This document shows positions 62,129 through 64,000 of a stretch of DNA of 64,000 nt, piece by piece. The translations under genes were made by a program, and so were the position numbers. Where the stretch lies: positions 680,257 to 744,256 of the forward strand of contig OZ257128.1 of NCBI GenBank assembly GCA_965278945.1, read 5' to 3'. A model generated the notes under the pieces. It saw nothing but the letters and a program-made list of their open reading frames with translations. It ran no database searches and was not told where the DNA came from. The DNA comes from Actinomycetes bacterium. Its GTDB lineage: Bacteria; Actinomycetota; Actinomycetes; S36-B12. Positions within the stretch are counted from its first letter, which is position 1; each line of letters opens with the position of its first letter.

Positions 62129-62938
62129 ATGAGAATGAACGTCCGACGCACCGCGGTGCTCACGGGAGTGACCGCCATGATCGGCATGGCTCTGGCAGGC
62201 GGAATCATGGCCGCTCCGGCCATGGCCGCAGGCCCGTACAACGCCACCGCCGCTGGCTTCCCCGGCAACACGCCGCTGGTTGCTCTTGCGACGTCATCCG
62301 TCCAGCCGGTTGTCGTGAGCAACCTGCCCGCGAACGTGGGCGTGTACGTGCTGCACTGCAAGGTCCCCGCCGACCCCCGTCAGCCACCGACAGCGTGTGA
62401 CGGCTCGACCGATGCCCTCGCCTATGTCCCCGCGACGACCGTCCTGCGCGACAGCGTGACGATTCCCGTCAAGGTCAACGGCGAGTTCTTCGGCACCAAC
62501 CCGAACCCGACGGCCGGCCCCGCGGTCGGCGAGTCGGTCGACTGCCGCGTGCCCACGGGCAATCCGCGCTCGACCACCTGCGCGCTCTACCTCCTCGGCG
62601 CCGGTCGCGACGCTGCGAACCCCGCCTACCTGCGCGTGTGGCCGACGGTGTTCTCAGCAGTCAAGGCCGACCGCAAGACCGACGCCGCGACCATCAACGT
62701 CGCCGGCAAGGATGTCGCTGCCGGCACCGCCCCGTCGCTGAAGGCCAACGTGGCAACGCCGCTCAAGGTCACGACGACCTCGGGCCTGGTGCCGACGCTG
62801 TCGGCTGACAACTGCTCGGTCACCGGCGGCAACATCACCGCTCTCGCGGCGACCGGCGTGTGCACGCTGCGCATCACCACGACCGGCGGCAAGAACTTCC
62901 TGCCGCTCGTCACCACCCAGGTGTTCAGCCTGTCCTAG
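62129..62938 (+). CDS. Secreted protein with NCS-like domain and C-terminal Ig-like domain
   Basis: Signal peptide (AMA-A); GVYVLHC...C, VDCR...C; GAAAGG RBS. Confidence 0.6.
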   Translation: MRMNVRRTAVLTGVTAMIGMALAGGIMAAPAMAAGPYNATAAGFPGNTPLVALATSSVQPVVVSNLPANVGVYVLHCKVPADPRQPPTACDGSTDALAYVPATTVLRDSVTIPVKVNGEFFGTNPNPTAGPAVGESVDCRVPTGNPRSTTCALYLLGAGRDAANPAYLRVWPTVFSAVKADRKTDAATINVAGKDVAAGTAPSLKANVATPLKVTTTSGLVPTLSADNCSVTGGNITALAATGVCTLRITTTGGKNFLPLVTTQVFSLS

Positions 62939-62948
62939 TTCGGACAAT

Positions 62949-62985
62949 CGAAAGGGCGCCACCCCATCGGGGTGGCGCCCTTTCG
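62949..62985. terminator. Bidirectional intrinsic terminator
   Basis: CGAAAGGGCGCCACCCC-ATC-GGGGTGGCGCCCTTTCG, 17-bp stem between convergent genes. Confidence 0.88.
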
Positions 62986-63001
62986 GCGTATGTGGCCTAG
63001 C

Positions 63002-63262
63002 TTAGAGAGCCGCAGCCTGCTTGGTGATCGACGACTTGCGGTTCGCCGCCTGGTTCGCGTGGATGACGCCCTTGCTGGCCGCCTTGTCGAGGGCCTTGTT
63101 GGCCTTGCGCGCCTGCTCGTTGGCGGCGGCGCTGTCGCCCGACTCCACGGCCTCGCGGAACTTGCGCACCTCGGTCTTCAACGAGGACTTCACAGCCTTG
63201 TTGCGCTGACGAGCCTTCTCGTTGGTCTTGTTGCGCTTGATCTGCGACTTGATGTTCGCCAC
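63002..63262 (-). CDS. rpsT: 30S ribosomal protein S20
   Basis: [11 protein letters not shown]...[20 protein letters not shown]. Confidence 0.98.
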   Translation of the reverse strand: MANIKSQIKRNKTNEKARQRNKAVKSSLKTEVRKFREAVESGDSAAANEQARKANKALDKAASKGVIHANQAANRKSSITKQAAAL

Positions 63263-63415
63263 GGGGACAACAACTTTCGTGATGCCGAACCGGAGGCTCG
63301 GGTGGTCAGGGGAAACGTCGGGGTGAAGCGACCCCCAAGATTACCCGTAGGCTGGCCCGTAGCCCAAATCGACCCTCGCTCTGGCCCCTCGGCCCGTTTC
63401 GACATAAGGAATCCT

Positions 63416-64000
63416 GTGCCCGTCCCGCAGCCCGGCAGCACCGACCCGTCGGTGATCCGGAACTTCTGCATCATCGCCCACATCGACCACGGAAAGTCGA
63501 CGCTGGCCGATCGCATGCTTCAGCAGACCGGCGTCGTCGACGGGCGATCCATGAGGGCGCAGTACCTCGATCGCATGGATATCGAGCGCGAGCGGGGCAT
63601 CACGATCAAGTCGCAGGCGGTCCGGCTGCCGTTCACCGCGGACGACGGCGGCTCCTACATCCTCAACATGATCGACACCCCTGGCCACGTCGACTTCACT
63701 TACGAGGTCTCCCGCTCCCTGGCCGCCTGCGAGGGAGCGGTTCTCCTCGTGGATGCCGCGCAGGGGATCGAGGCCCAGACCCTCGCGAACCTCTACCTCG
63801 CCCTGGAGAACGACCTCACGGTCATCCCGGTCCTGAACAAGATCGACCTGCCGGCCGCGCAGCCCGAGAAGTACGCCGCCGAGCTCTCGCGCATCATCGG
63901 CTGCTCGCCGGACGACGTCCTGCTCGTCTCCGCCAAGACCGGAATCGGCGTGCACGAACTGCTGGAGAAGATCGTCCGCGAGATACCCGCGCCTCAGGGC
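63416..64000 (+). CDS. lepA: Elongation factor 4 (5' part; absent from ORF track)
   Basis: [33 protein letters not shown]...ERERGITIK...DTPGHVDF...NKID. Confidence 0.97.
   Translation, partial: MPVPQPGSTDPSVIRNFCIIAHIDHGKSTLADRMLQQTGVVDGRSMRAQYLDRMDIERERGITIKSQAVRLPFTADDGGSYILNMIDTPGHVDFTYEVSRSLAACEGAVLLVDAAQGIEAQTLANLYLALENDLTVIPVLNKIDLPAAQPEKYAAELSRIIGCSPDDVLLVSAKTGIGVHELLEKIVREIPAPQG

Noticed and set aside
61550-62938. Enediyne chromoprotein biosynthetic cluster
   Set aside because: No enediyne PKS or tailoring genes; the context is heme transport within a core locus.

Overview
High-GC actinobacterial chromosome segment; no tRNA, rRNA, CRISPR array, integrase or transposase was seen. (i) 1.5-24 kb: a redox/catabolic supercluster with an F420-type LLM oxidoreductase, five SDRs and a 19-gene same-strand run (MoaF-like protein, ICL/PEP-mutase lyase, cyclic amidohydrolase, isochorismatase-family amidase, cupin, MBL hydrolase, sugar-type ABC importer, nicotinoprotein ADH, ALDH, GntR, OYE, flavoprotein, two MmgE/PrpD proteins, SnoaL). 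Two of its promoters share a 16-bp operator. (ii) 24-31 kb: an abutting, rearranged mycofactocin locus (mftF-mftR <> mftA-B-C-D-E plus two SDRs); mftA is missing from the ORF track. (iii) An IdeR-boxed siderophore-interacting gene and a protease-MoxR-DUF58-VWA-VWA operon. (iv) An SOS mutasome (imuA'-imuB-[MFS]-dnaE2) with two near-identical LexA-boxed promoters and a BrnTA toxin-antitoxin pair, bracketed by two copies of a REP-like palindrome. (v) The core block leuS-ycaQ-degV-plsY-comEA-comEC-holA-rpsT-lepA, interrupted by a hmuTUV-like heme importer divergent from two secreted neocarzinostatin-fold proteins. The best candidates for undescribed biology are the mycofactocin/F420-coupled pathway (inferred cyclic-imide or N-heterocycle catabolism) and the putative NCS-fold hemophores. 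All family assignments come from motif recognition by eye; no searches were run.
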